Of a stretch of DNA of 64,000 bases, positions 22,617-35,848 are shown piece by piece. The stretch is taken from positions 101,132-165,131 of the forward strand of contig CAVPMX010000003.1 in assembly GCA_963706745.1 (NCBI GenBank), read 5' to 3'. Within the stretch, counting starts at the first letter, position 1. The number at the start of each line of letters is the position of its first letter. Origin of the DNA: an uncultured Actinomycetes bacterium (GTDB lineage Bacteria > Actinomycetota > Acidimicrobiia > IMCC26256 > PALSA-610). The notes beneath the pieces are model-generated. The model ran no database searches, was not told the DNA's origin, and saw only the letters and a program-made list of their open reading frames with translations. The position numbers and the translations under genes are program-made.

Positions 22617-22617
<1 letters not shown>
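21013..22617 (+). CDS. atpA: F0F1 ATP synthase subunit alpha
   Basis: [36 protein letters not shown] and ISVSRVGG. Confidence 0.99.
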
Positions 22618-25379
<2,762 letters not shown>

Positions 25380-25440
25380 TCGTGGCCGCGGGTGCCGAGA
25401 GCGCCCGGGAGCCTCCATCCGGCTCGGATACGGTGCGATG

Positions 25441-26433
25441 ATGCGTCTCACGGCAGTCCCGATCGCTCTCGCCGCGCTCGTTCTGATGCAGTCGTCGGGC
25501 TGCTCGAGCGGCGACGGCGCGGCGACGAAGCCACCTGGCGATGCGCCGGAGGCGACGGTGCCCGGGCGCGAACCGGAGCCGCAGGCTCCCGCAGTACCTC
25601 GCACGCGCGATCTGTCCCCGTACGGCGGCCTCGGGACATGGGTCGACGCGTACGACTACGCCCCGGCCTTCACCGAGGACGGACGTGCCCCCGTGGTGCC
25701 GGGTTCGGTCGACGACATGGCTGCGGTCGGCGTGAAGACCCTCTACCTGCAGGCGTCGAAGGACGACGATCGATCGCCCGGGATGCTCGTCGACGAGGCG
25801 TTGGTGGAGCGCTTCCTGCTGAGGGCGCACGAGCGGGGCGTGCGCGTGGTTGCGTGGTTCCTGCCGAGGCTCGCCGACGTCGACGCAGACGTGGCCCGCC
25901 TGGAGCACCTCCTCGCCTACGAGGTCGGCGGTCATCGCTTCGACGGTGTCGCCGTCGACATCGAGTGGACGCAGAGCGTGCCCGACACCGCGACGCGCAA
26001 CGAACGCCTCTTGGAACTATCCGAGAGGGTCGGGGAGGCGGCGGCCGGCGACCCTCTCGGGGCGATCGTCTTCCCGCCCGTCGCGACCGAGGTGGTCAAC
26101 CCCGCGTTGTGGCCGGCGTTCCCCTACCGGAGCCTCTCGAGTCACTATCAGGTGTGGATGACGATGGGCTACTGGACCTTCCGCTCCGAGGAGTCCGGGT
26201 ACCGCAGCGCCAGGCGCTACACCGACGAGAACATCCGCCGCCTGCGGGCGAACCTCGGGGACAGCGAGGTCCCGGTGCACCCGATCGGAGGGATCGGAGA
26301 CCTCGCGACGCGCGCCGACTACGAGGGCTTCGTCACAGCGGCGCGTGAGAACGGCGCCCTGGGTTGGTCTGTGTACGACTTCCTGACGACGTCGAGCGCG
26401 GCCTGGCCCGCGCTGCGCCCACCCAGGGCCTAG
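25441..26433 (+). CDS. Exported/lipoprotein-like TIM-barrel protein with a GH18-like motif
   Basis: Signal-like [21 protein letters not shown], Pro-rich linker, [10 protein letters not shown] and GWSVYD. TACGGT -10 box 6 nt before ATG 25441. Confidence 0.65.
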   Translation: MRLTAVPIALAALVLMQSSGCSSGDGAATKPPGDAPEATVPGREPEPQAPAVPRTRDLSPYGGLGTWVDAYDYAPAFTEDGRAPVVPGSVDDMAAVGVKTLYLQASKDDDRSPGMLVDEALVERFLLRAHERGVRVVAWFLPRLADVDADVARLEHLLAYEVGGHRFDGVAVDIEWTQSVPDTATRNERLLELSERVGEAAAGDPLGAIVFPPVATEVVNPALWPAFPYRSLSSHYQVWMTMGYWTFRSEESGYRSARRYTDENIRRLRANLGDSEVPVHPIGGIGDLATRADYEGFVTAARENGALGWSVYDFLTTSSAAWPALRPPRA

Positions 26434-26440
26434 AGCGCGA

Positions 26441-27434
26441 TCACGCGAAGCCGACCGACGGGATCTTCGCGATCTTTGACCAACGGTGGGTGGTCTCGAT
26501 GCTGCGTACGGTGCCGCTCAGCGACCGCATGACGAGCGAGACCGTGCTCGCTCCCTCGGAGGTGTAGCGGACGCCGCGCATCAGGTCGCCGTCGGTGATC
26601 CCGGTCGCGGCGAAGTAGGTGTCGTCGCCCGAGACCAGGTCGTCGGTGAGGAGGATGCGCTCCAGGTCGTAGCCGGCGTCCAGAGCGGCATCGCGCTCGA
26701 CGTCGTTGCGAGGCCAGAGCCTCGCCTGCATCGAGCCGCCCAGCGCCTTGAGCGCGGCAGGCCGCGATCACGCCTTCGGGCGTGCCGCCCACGCCGATGA
26801 GGATGTCGCAGCCGGAGCCCTCCCAGGCGACGGCAATCGCTCCCGCCACGTCACCGTCGGGGATGAGCCGTACGCGCGCGCCGGCCTCGCGGCACTCGGT
26901 GACGATTCCGGCATGCCGGTCCCGGTCGAGCACGACGGCAGTGACGTCGCGCACGTTCTTGCCGAGCGCCTTCGCGACGCCCTCCAAGTTCGCCTTCACC
27001 GGGGCGCGGAGGTCGATGGCGCCGGCTGCGACCGGCCCGACGGCGATCTTCTCCATGTACACGCATGGTCCGGGGTCGAACATCGTGCCGCGTTCCGATA
27101 CCGCGATCACGGCGATGGCGTTGCCCCGGCCTAGGGAGGTGAGGGTCGTTCCATCGATCGGGTCGACGGCGATGTCGACCTCCGGCGGGTTGCCGTCGCC
27201 GACCTGCTCGCCGTTGTAGAGCATCGGCGCCTCGTCCTTCTCACCCTCTCCGATCACGACGGTGCCGTTCATGCGGACGCTGTTCAGCACCGCCCGCATC
27301 GCGTCGACGGCGGCTCCGTCGGCAGCGTTCTTGTCACCTCGCCCGATCCAACGCCCCGCAGCGAGCGCGGCTGCCTCCGTGACGCGCACCAGCTCGAGCG
27401 CCAGGCTGCGGTCGGGGGATCTCGGCTGCTCCAT
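26441..27434 (-). CDS. glpX: Fructose-1,6-bisphosphatase class II; frameshift ~26760
   Basis: [42 protein letters not shown] and FAATGITDG. Confidence 0.96.
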
Positions 27435-27572
27435 GTCTGCTCCTCGAGGCTCTGCTGTCGGTCAGTTGGAGATCAGGTCCCGCGAATGTAGTTGCGGAGG
27501 CCGGCGGCGCGTCACTCGAGTGATCCGCGCGCTGAGTGGGAGAGGGGGATGCGCCCGTGGGATCATGACCGG

Positions 27573-29207
27573 ATGGGCACGTCCAAGGAGCGATGGCAAG
27601 AGGCCTTCGACAGGTCGCCTCCCCGGGATGCAGATTTCGAGACCATGTCGGGGATCCCTGTGGAGCCCGTCTACGGCCCGGCCGACGGGCTCTTCCCCGG
27701 GCAGCATCCGTACACACGTGGTCCCTATGCGTCCATGTATCGCTCGAAGCTGTGGACGATGCGCATGTTCGCGGGCTTCGGAACGGCGATCGACACGAAC
27801 CGGCGGTTCCGGGACCTGCTCGCCGCCGGAGGCGACGGCCTCTCCACTGCGTTCGACCTGCCGACTCTCATGGGGCGGGACTCCGACGACGCGCTCGCGC
27901 TCGGCGAGGTCGGACGCTGCGGTGTCGCGGTCGACACGCTCGCCGACGTCGAAGACCTGTACGCCGACATCGATCTCGGCGCGGTCACCACCTCGATGAC
28001 GATCAACAGCCCCGCCGCGATCCTGCTGGCCATGTACGTCGTCGCCGCGGAGAACAGCGGTGTGGAACGTGCGCTCCTCGGAGGCACTCTCCAGAACGAC
28101 ATCCTGAAGGAGTACCAGGCGCAGAAGGAGTTCATCTTCCCTCCGCGACCGTCGCTGCGACTGGTGCGCGACACGATCGCGTTCTGCGCGGCCGAGATGC
28201 CGCGGTGGCACCCGATCTCGGTGTCCGGCTACCACATCCGTGAGGCGGGGGCCACCGCCGCACAGGAGCTCGCGTTCACTCTGGCGAACGGCTTCGCATA
28301 CGTGGAGCTCGGCAGACAGGCCGGCCTCGACGTCGACGCGTTCGCCCCCAGGCTCTCGTTCTTCTTCAACGCCCACGTCGACTTCTTCGAGGAGATCGCC
28401 AAGTACCGTGCCGCGCGGCGCATCTGGGCCCGGTGGATGAGAGAGCGGTACGGGGCGTCGGCGGAGAGGTCGATGATCCTGCGGTTCCACACCCAGACCG
28501 CAGGCGTGTCGCTCACGGCGCAGCAGCCCGAGGTGAACCTTGTGAGAACAGCCATCGAGGCGCTTGCCGGGGTCCTCGGCGGCACCCAGAGCCTGCACAC
28601 GAACTCCTTCGACGAGACGTTCGCGCTCCCGACCGACAGGGCGGCCCGTCTCGCTCTCCGGACGCAGCAGGTGATCGCGAACGAGACGCGAGTCGCGAAC
28701 GTCGCCGACCCGCTGGGGGGCTCGTGGTACGTCGAGGAGCTCACCGACGAGATCGAGCGGCGGGCTGAGTCGATCTTCGCGCGCCTCGACGACCTCGGCG
28801 ACGGCTCGATGCTCGAAGGTTGTGTTCGGGGAGTCGAGGACGGCTGGTTCCAAGGGGCGATCGCCGACTCAGCGTACGACCTGGAGCGGAAGCTGAACTC
28901 GGGCAGGCATCTCGTCGTCGGGGTGAATGCGTGCCTGGAGGGGAACGACGAGCCGCCGCCGGAGACGCTGCGGATCGGCCCGGAGATCGAGGAGCAGCAA
29001 CTGGAGCGACTGGCGAAGGTCAGAGCGGATCGCGACGCTGCATCGGTCGAGCGGGTACTCGCGCGGGTGAGTGCGGATGCAGCCGACCCGAACGTCAACA
29101 TCATGCCGGCGCTCCTCGATGCGGCCGTGGCCTACGCGTCGGTCGGAGAGATCGTGGAAGCGCTCGCTTCGGTGTTCGGGCGGCACGTCGAGGAGCCGAG
29201 GATCTGA
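27573..29207 (+). CDS. icmA: Acyl-CoA mutase large (substrate-binding) subunit with isobutyryl-CoA mutase signature; no B12-binding domain
   Basis: PYTRGPY, WTMRMFAGFG, GLSTAFDLPT, QNDILKEYQAQKE and TQSLHTNSFDE; ends without a DxHxxG domain. Confidence 0.85.
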   Translation: MGTSKERWQEAFDRSPPRDADFETMSGIPVEPVYGPADGLFPGQHPYTRGPYASMYRSKLWTMRMFAGFGTAIDTNRRFRDLLAAGGDGLSTAFDLPTLMGRDSDDALALGEVGRCGVAVDTLADVEDLYADIDLGAVTTSMTINSPAAILLAMYVVAAENSGVERALLGGTLQNDILKEYQAQKEFIFPPRPSLRLVRDTIAFCAAEMPRWHPISVSGYHIREAGATAAQELAFTLANGFAYVELGRQAGLDVDAFAPRLSFFFNAHVDFFEEIAKYRAARRIWARWMRERYGASAERSMILRFHTQTAGVSLTAQQPEVNLVRTAIEALAGVLGGTQSLHTNSFDETFALPTDRAARLALRTQQVIANETRVANVADPLGGSWYVEELTDEIERRAESIFARLDDLGDGSMLEGCVRGVEDGWFQGAIADSAYDLERKLNSGRHLVVGVNACLEGNDEPPPETLRIGPEIEEQQLERLAKVRADRDAASVERVLARVSADAADPNVNIMPALLDAAVAYASVGEIVEALASVFGRHVEEPRI

Positions 29208-29218
29208 GCGCGCAGTCG

Positions 29219-29839
29219 ATGGACGCGTCGCTGCGAGCGGCGGCGCGGGCCGCGAAGGGGTTCATGCCCGACGACGAGGGCCTGGCGCTCTACGAGGCGG
29301 GCCTGGTCGGAGCGCGCAGCGGTCCGTTGCTCGAGATCGGTACCTACTGCGGCAAGTCGGCCGTCTTCCTGGGCGCCGCCGCGCGCGACGCCGGGACCGT
29401 CCTCTTCACGGTGGACCATCACCGGGGCTCCGAGGAGAACCAGGCCGGCTGGGACCATCACGATCCCGAGGTCGTCGACCCCTCGACCGGGCGGATGGAC
29501 ACTCTGCCGTTCTTCCGTCGCACGATCGAGTCGGCAGGCCTCGACGACGTCGTCGTGGCCGTGGTGGGGCACTCGGTAGCGGTCGCAGCGGTGTGGGCGA
29601 CGCCGCTCGGCCTCGTCTTCGTCGACGGAGGACACGCAGACGACGTGGCCATGGCCGACTACGTGAGCTGGGCGGGGTTCGTCGCTCCTGGCGGCGTGCT
29701 CGCCATTCACGACGTCTTCGAGGACCCTGCCGACGGCGGCCAGGCGCCGTACCGCGTGTGGGAGCGGGCCGTGGCAGATGGCTTCGACCCCGTGTCGCAG
29801 ACGGGGAGCCTGCGCGTCCTACGACGCGCCCCCCGCTGA
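29219..29839 (+). CDS. Class I SAM methyltransferase (Methyltransf_24), MeT1-like 1-O-methyltransferase
   Basis: GFMPDDEG, EIGTYCGKS, TVDHHRGSEE, VDGGH and HDVFEDPADGGQAP resemble mycobacterial MeT1 as recalled. Confidence 0.85.
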   Translation: MDASLRAAARAAKGFMPDDEGLALYEAGLVGARSGPLLEIGTYCGKSAVFLGAAARDAGTVLFTVDHHRGSEENQAGWDHHDPEVVDPSTGRMDTLPFFRRTIESAGLDDVVVAVVGHSVAVAAVWATPLGLVFVDGGHADDVAMADYVSWAGFVAPGGVLAIHDVFEDPADGGQAPYRVWERAVADGFDPVSQTGSLRVLRRAPR

Positions 29840-29847
29840 CGCCCCAA

Positions 29848-29898
29848 CCCTGTTTGGACGGATCTGGTCGCTATGGCTCCGCTGAGGTCCAGACAGGG
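29848..29898. repeat. Intergenic inverted repeat between convergent genes (terminator or REP-like)
   Basis: CCCTGTTTGGAC (29848-29859) and GTCCAGACAGGG (29887-29898): 11/12 match, the mismatch being G-U compatible. Confidence 0.55.
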
Positions 29899-29908
29899 GG
29901 ACAGGCGA

Positions 29909-31040
29909 TCAGGCGTCGTCGGCGATCGAGTGAGAGGCGCCGCGCTCCTCCTCGATGGCGGCGCCGGCCTCGATGAGCTCGTCGGCGGTGAGCCCGCGCG
30001 GTAGCCCTTCTCCGCGGAACAGTCCGGCGGTGGGACCGTCGCCGCCCAGCGCATTGGCCGCGAGCACGACAGCGGCGGAGTTCCACGTCGGCTGCTCCGA
30101 CGTGTAGTACTCGCCCCACCCGTCGAACCGCTCGTCGGGGAAGTTCATCCCGGTCCAGTACCCGCCGTCGTCGTGACGGAGGAACTGCACCCAGCCGAAG
30201 AGCTGCAGGGCCTCGTCGTGAGCGCCGATCGCGTCGAGGGCCATCACCAGCTCGCAGGTCTCCGCGGCGGTCACCCACGGCTGATCGGAGACGCAGCGCA
30301 CGCCCCGACCCGCTGCGACGAAGGTCTCCCAGCCACCGGCTACGCGGGCGTGTGCAGAGGGCCCACGCAGGGCACCGCCCAGGATCGGGTAGTACCAGTC
30401 CATCGCCCAGCGCTGCTTGTCGAGGAAGCGCTCGGGGCGGTGCGCTATGGCGATCGCCAGCGACCCGAGCGACAGCTCCCAGTCGGGACGCTCGTGGCCC
30501 AGGCGCTCCGCTGCCGCGATGGCGCACCGAAGGCTCGAGTAGATGCTCGAAGAGCCCGTGATGAGGGCGCCGCGGCCCTCGGAACGGGTCGGGTCGGCGT
30601 CCCACTCGATCTCGCCGGTCGGGTGCTGGTGGTCGAGCGCGAAGTCGATCGCCCGCTCCACGACCGTGAAGTACTCGTCGAGGAAGCCGGTGTCTCCGGT
30701 GGCAAGGTAGTGATGCCAGACGCCGTTCGCCACGTAGCACGTGACGTTCGTGTCGAGCGTCTGCTCCTTCACGTCGTCGAACTGGTAGTAGGCGTGCCAC
30801 GAGCCGTCCGGCCTCTGTCGTGATCGGAGCCACTCGTAGGCGCGCTCTGCATCGACGTGCCGGCCACCGACGTCGAGGGCCATCGCCGCCTCGACGAGGT
30901 TCCACGGGTCGGTGTGGCCGCCGGGTGTCCACGGGATGTTCCCGTTCGCCAGCTGGTGCGAGGCGATGGCGTCGACGGTCGCGGCGACCTGCTCGCGTGT
31001 GATGATCCCTTCGACGGACGGCAGCTCGAGCGCGCGGCAC
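29909..31040 (-). CDS. (alpha/alpha)6-barrel 'prenyltransferase'-annotated protein, MmpH-like hydrolase; extra base ~31028
   Basis: HTDPWNLVEAAMAL, QRPDGSW, MDWYYPIL and PWVTAAETCE. Removing one base at ~31028 gives start MPRAELPSVEG and also creates the stop codon of the upstream methyltransferase. Confidence 0.8.
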
Positions 31041-31783
31041 GTGACACCCTTCGATACTTGGCCATGGACGGCGAGACCCTCTCGGTGTAGACGACGAGGC
31101 TCTTGCCGAGGACGGGGTTGAGCGCCCTCTCGAGCCGGGCGCCCCACGGCGGGTTCTTCTCGATGAGCATCGACAAGAAGTCGTGGTACTTGCGCACAGG
31201 GAGGGCATCGGGGTTGTCGAGCCCGCAGACGTTCTTCAGCCACCAGTAGGGCGAGTGGAGCGCGTGCGCGTGGTGCGAGCCGCGCAGGAAGAGGCCTGCC
31301 GACTCGAGACTCTGCTCGAGCTCGTGCTGACGGTAGATGCGCACGTGGCCGCCGGGCGTGTCGTGGTATCGCCAGTTGAGGGCCCAGCTCACGCGCTCGG
31401 GCCAGCGCGTCGGCACGGTCACAGCCAGGCGTCCGCCCGGGCGTAGGACACGAACGAGCTCGTCGAATCGCGCGCTCGTCGTCCCAGATGTGCTCCAGCA
31501 CCTCCGAGCAGATGATGCGGTCGAACGCGCCGTCGGGGAAGGGCAGGTCGAGAGCGTCGCCGTTCACAGCACCCGCCCAGGACTCGATCGTCGTCTCGCC
31601 CGACTCGATCATCGCGGCCGCGACGCCCCCGACATCCTTGAGCTCGGCGGCCGAGTAGTCGAGTGCGGTGACGCGTGCGCCGCGCCGCATGGCCTCGAAG
31701 GCGTGGCGTCCGCCGCCGCAGCCGAGGTCGAGCAGACGCTCGCCGCGCGCCAGGCCGAGGCGGTCGAAGTCTACGGTCAGCAC
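31026..31783 (-). CDS. Class I SAM methyltransferase (Methyltransf_11), MeT3-like; frameshift ~31470
   Basis: MLTVDFDRL, LDLGCGGGRH, SEVLEHI, GGHVRIY, HALHSPYWWLK and GKSLVVY. Confidence 0.87.
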
Positions 31784-33100
31784 TGCTTGCCGACCGCCGC
31801 GTCGTGCCGTCGCTTCGCGTCGGCCTCGAGCTCCAGGTAGTAGTGCTCGGCGGTCCCCTGCGCAGTCCGTCGCCAGGTGAACCGGTCGAGGACGCGGCGC
31901 CGGCCGGCCTCGCCGACGCGGGCGCGCATCGCGGGGTCAGCGAGCGCGCGGAGGATCTGGGCGGCCAATGCCGATGGGTCTGCCGTCGGCACGAGGAACC
32001 CGCTCTCGCCGTGCTTGCCGATCACCTCGGGCAGCGCTCCGCCGGTGGTCGCCACCAGCGGCGTTCCACATGCCATCGCCTCGATCGCGGGGAGCGAGAA
32101 GCCCTCGTAGAGCGACGGCACCACGGCGAGCTCCGCCTCGGCGTAGAGCTCGACGATGCCGCTGGTCGCTCACGCCGCTGACGAACTCGACGGCGCCTGT
32201 CGAGGCCGAGGCGGTCGATGAGGGCGGGAGTGGCGCTCTTGTGTCGGGTGCGCCCGATTACGACGAGGTGTGCATCGGGGCGCTCGACGCGAATCTTCGC
32301 GAGAGCCTCGATCAGGTAGTTGAGGCCCTTGAGCGGGACGTCGGCACTCGCCGTGGTCATCAGGCGACCCGGGACCCGTTCGACGTCGGGAAGCGGGCGG
32401 AACTGCTCCTGGTCGACGCCGACGTGCACGATGTGCAGCGTCTCGGGGTCGACGCCCATCTGCGCGCTGATGTCGCGTCTTGGAGTTCTCGGAGACGGTC
32501 AGGTGGCGCGGCAGCTGGCGGGCGACGCTGCATCTGCATGTTGAGGAAGCCGTACCAGCGACGCAGGGTGAGCTTGCGGAACGGGTTCGTCGCGTGGCTC
32601 GAGCTCGAGGTCGCGGTCGACCGTGATCGGGTGGTGCAGCGTGTGCGATCATCGGCCAGCCGTCGTCGATCATGCCCAGCAGGCCGTTGCCGAGACACTG
32701 GTTGTCGTGCACGAGGTCGAAGTCGTTCGCTGCGCTGCTGCAGCATCCTGCGCGCACGGAGGAGAACGTGTAGGGGCTCGGGGAACCCGGCGGCGCACAT
32801 GATCCCGAACTCGTGGAGGTCGGCGGCCGAGCGGAACTCGTGCGGCCACGGGACGCGGAAGGGGTTCTCCCGGCGGTAGAGGTCGAGGCTGGCGACCTCG
32901 TTGAGCCGGACGGGGTCGTCCAGCTCGGGCCAGGGCTGGCCGGAGTAGACCTCGACGTGGTGACCGAGGGCCGCCAGCTCGCGGGTCAGATGGCGGGTGT
33001 AGACGCCCTGACCCCCGCAGTGGGGGTTGCCCCGGTAGACGAGATAGGCGACCCGCAGGGGGTCGCCGGGACGCGGAAGGGGGCGGCGGGAAGTGGGCAT
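31777..33100 (-). CDS. Glycosyltransferase family 4, ManT-like; several frameshifts 32160-32770
   Basis: YRGNPHCGGQGVY, FPEP, DLVHDNQCLG, WYGFL, TASADVPLKG and PSLYEGFSLPAIEAMACG. Confidence 0.87.
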
Positions 33101-33286
33101 GAACCGACAAGGATGCTGGGCGGAGGGCCCCCGAGGCAAGCGGGGCGGCTGTCCGCCTGGTCCGAGCCGCCCCGCTCCTCCCGTTTGGGCCGCCGTTTCC
33201 GGTTCCGCCCGCCCTGCACCGGACCCCGGGAGCGAAGATGGACCACAATGTCGGTGGTCGATCGACGCTCCCGGGGGCGTGACGCA

Positions 33287-35146
33287 ATGGCGCGTGTGAG
33301 TGCAGCGATGGTCGCCCGTTCGCGCGCGGTCACCGAGACGCGGTGGTCGCCCGCGGGGACGCGCCTGGCGTGGCTCGACTCGTTCGGCGGCCGCACCGAT
33401 GTGCTGGTGGCGCCGGCCGACGGATCGGGACCTGCGGTAGTGGCGACGGCCGACGTCGCGGTCACCGGCGCCGGGGCCTATGGCGGCGGCGTCTACGCCT
33501 GGGCCGGCGACGACTCCCTCGTGGTGGCCGCCGACGACGGGCGTCTCGTGCTGATCGACGCGGATGGTGGTCCGGTGAGAATGCTCTCTCGCGACGGCCG
33601 GGCATTCGCGCCGGCCATCTCGCCCGACGGCTCACGGGTGGCCTTCTGCCTCGAGCGTGACGACGCGTGCGACATAGCGGTCGTGCCGCTCGACGGATCG
33701 TCGTGGCCGGTACGGGTGTCGGAGGGCGCCGACTTCGCGTGGGACCCGGCGTGGGCGCCCGACGGCCTTGCGGTCGTGTGGCACGAGTGGGACCTCCCGG
33801 ACATGCCGTGGGACTCCTCGCGCATCGTCGCGCGCGACATGGCCGGGGCGCCCGTGGGTCGCGCACGCGTGGTCGCGGGAGGTGACGGCGTAGCGACGGG
33901 TCAACCGAGGTTCTCGCCCGCTGGTGACCTGCTCGCGTTCACGAGCGATGCGGACGGTTGGACGAACCTCTGGGTCTCGTCGCCCGACGGATCAGGAGCA
34001 CGCCCGGTGCTCGCAGAGGAGTGCGAGCACGCGGAGCCGTCGTGGGGGCCGGGTCAGCGGTCGTATGCGTGGTCGCCCGACGGGGACGAGATCGCGTGGT
34101 GCCGCAACGAGGCCGGGTTCGGCCGCCTCGTAGTCGGCCGTCCGGGGAAGCGCTCGGCGCGCGAGGTGTCGAAGGGGTGGCACAGGTTCCTCGACTGGGG
34201 ACCGAGGGGCATCGCGACGGTGCGGTCCGGGGCGCGCACTCCCAGCCAGGTCGTGGCACTAGCCGCAACGGGTTCCGGGAGGCGCAGCGTGGCCCGTGGA
34301 CCCGTCGGGGGATTCGAGGCCGCCGGACTCGTCGAGCCCGAGCCGGTCGCGTGGAAGTCGGGTGGAGCGACAGTGCACGGCCTGCTGTGGCGACCGACCT
34401 CCGGTGCGGCGTCGGGCGAGCACTCGGCGGGAAGTGTCTCGGTGGGCAGTTCGGAGAAGCCCCCGCTGTACGTGCACATCCACGGGGGCCCGACCGGACA
34501 GGCCGAGGCCGACTGGAACGCGCGCATCGCGTACTGGGTCGATCGTGGCTGGGCCGTGCTCGCGCCCAACCACCGCGGCTCGACCGGCCACGGACGCTCC
34601 TATGCGCAGGCGCTCGTAGGAGGCTGGGGTGAGATCGACGTACTCGATGTTGCTGCGGGTGTGCGGCACGCTGCGCGCCGGGGCTGGTGCGACTCGGAGC
34701 GCGTCGCCGTGGCCGGAGGGAGCGCGGGTGGCCTCACGGCCCTGATGCTCTGCGCGCTCCACGGCGACCTTGTACGCGCGGGCGTGAGCATCTTCGGAGT
34801 CACAGATCTCTGCGAGCTCGCGGCGACGACGCACAGGTTCGAGTCGCGTTACCTCGACCGGATCGTCGGCGTGCTCCCCGGCGACGCCGCCCGCTATCGC
34901 GCGAGGTCACCGGTGGCGCATGCCGCCCGGATGGCGGTGCCGGTCCTGGTGCACCAGGGGACCGACGACAAGGTGGTGCCGCGAGCGCAGGCCGATGCGA
35001 TGGTCGACGCGATGCGCGACGCCGGCGCTCAGGTCGAGTACCACCTCTACGAGGGCGAGGGGCACGGGTTCCGCAACCCGGTGAGCGTCAGCGCGGAGCT
35101 GGAGCGCACCGACGCCTTCCTCCGCAAGTGGGTGCTTCTCCGCTGA
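33287..35146 (+). CDS. S9 family prolyl oligopeptidase with beta-propeller (PD40 repeats)
   Basis: SPDG repeats, HGGPT, NHRGSTGHG, GGSAGG nucleophile, DKVV and EGHGF. Confidence 0.92.
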   Translation: MARVSAAMVARSRAVTETRWSPAGTRLAWLDSFGGRTDVLVAPADGSGPAVVATADVAVTGAGAYGGGVYAWAGDDSLVVAADDGRLVLIDADGGPVRMLSRDGRAFAPAISPDGSRVAFCLERDDACDIAVVPLDGSSWPVRVSEGADFAWDPAWAPDGLAVVWHEWDLPDMPWDSSRIVARDMAGAPVGRARVVAGGDGVATGQPRFSPAGDLLAFTSDADGWTNLWVSSPDGSGARPVLAEECEHAEPSWGPGQRSYAWSPDGDEIAWCRNEAGFGRLVVGRPGKRSAREVSKGWHRFLDWGPRGIATVRSGARTPSQVVALAATGSGRRSVARGPVGGFEAAGLVEPEPVAWKSGGATVHGLLWRPTSGAASGEHSAGSVSVGSSEKPPLYVHIHGGPTGQAEADWNARIAYWVDRGWAVLAPNHRGSTGHGRSYAQALVGGWGEIDVLDVAAGVRHAARRGWCDSERVAVAGGSAGGLTALMLCALHGDLVRAGVSIFGVTDLCELAATTHRFESRYLDRIVGVLPGDAARYRARSPVAHAARMAVPVLVHQGTDDKVVPRAQADAMVDAMRDAGAQVEYHLYEGEGHGFRNPVSVSAELERTDAFLRKWVLLR

Positions 35147-35259
35147 GCGGCGCCCTCAGAGCCTCCTCCCCGGTGCCCACGCTCGGCCCGCCGCGAAGTC
35201 GACGAGTGTTCATGCTCCCGATCCCGTGCGGGCACCGGCGCGGGTGAGAGAATCTGCGC

Positions 35260-35778
35260 GTGCGAGTCGAGCGGTTCTTCGCCTTCGTCGACCTGTCGGG
35301 GTTCACCTCGTTCACCGATGTCCACGGCGACGAGGAATCGGTTCAGGTGCTCACCCAGTTCCGGGGAGCGGTGAGGCGCGTCGCGACCGACTTCGGCGTC
35401 CGAATCGCCAAGTGGCTCGGTGACGGGTGCATGCTCGTGACCATCGACGGGGTGCAGCTCGTCGCCATGGTCCTCGAGCTCGAGCAGATCGTCAACGCCG
35501 ACAGATTGCCGTTGGCGATTCACGCCGGCATCGCCGGTGGCCCCGTGATGCTCCTGGAGGGCGACGACTACACGGGCGGACCGGTGAACCTGGCGTCGCG
35601 GCTCTGCGACGTCGCGGTTCCACACGAGATCCTCGTCACGCCGGCGGTCGCCGACCTAGCGCCCGAGGGCGTGGCTCGCGAGCAGATGGGGCCGCGCACG
35701 TTCCCCGGCATGGCGAAGCCGGTCGAGGTCGTCCGCCTGCGCTGCAGCCACGTCGACGTGTCGCCTGCTGCGGGCTAG
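35260..35778 (+). CDS. Stand-alone class III adenylate/guanylate cyclase
   Basis: FVDLSGFT, KWLGDG and DYTGGPVNLASRL. Confidence 0.9.
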   Translation: MRVERFFAFVDLSGFTSFTDVHGDEESVQVLTQFRGAVRRVATDFGVRIAKWLGDGCMLVTIDGVQLVAMVLELEQIVNADRLPLAIHAGIAGGPVMLLEGDDYTGGPVNLASRLCDVAVPHEILVTPAVADLAPEGVAREQMGPRTFPGMAKPVEVVRLRCSHVDVSPAAG

Positions 35779-35848
35779 CAGCGGGCCGGGTGGCGCACTC
35801 CGGCCGGAGCGACACGACCGGCCGGTGGGGTCGTATCATCGATCGCAC

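Noticed and set aside
29909..31783. 624-aa methyltransferase-prenyltransferase fusion, or a terpene/hopanoid cyclase
   Set aside because: Two indels (~31470, ~31028) explain the fusion. The barrel protein is short, lacks a DxDD motif and fits MmpH better.
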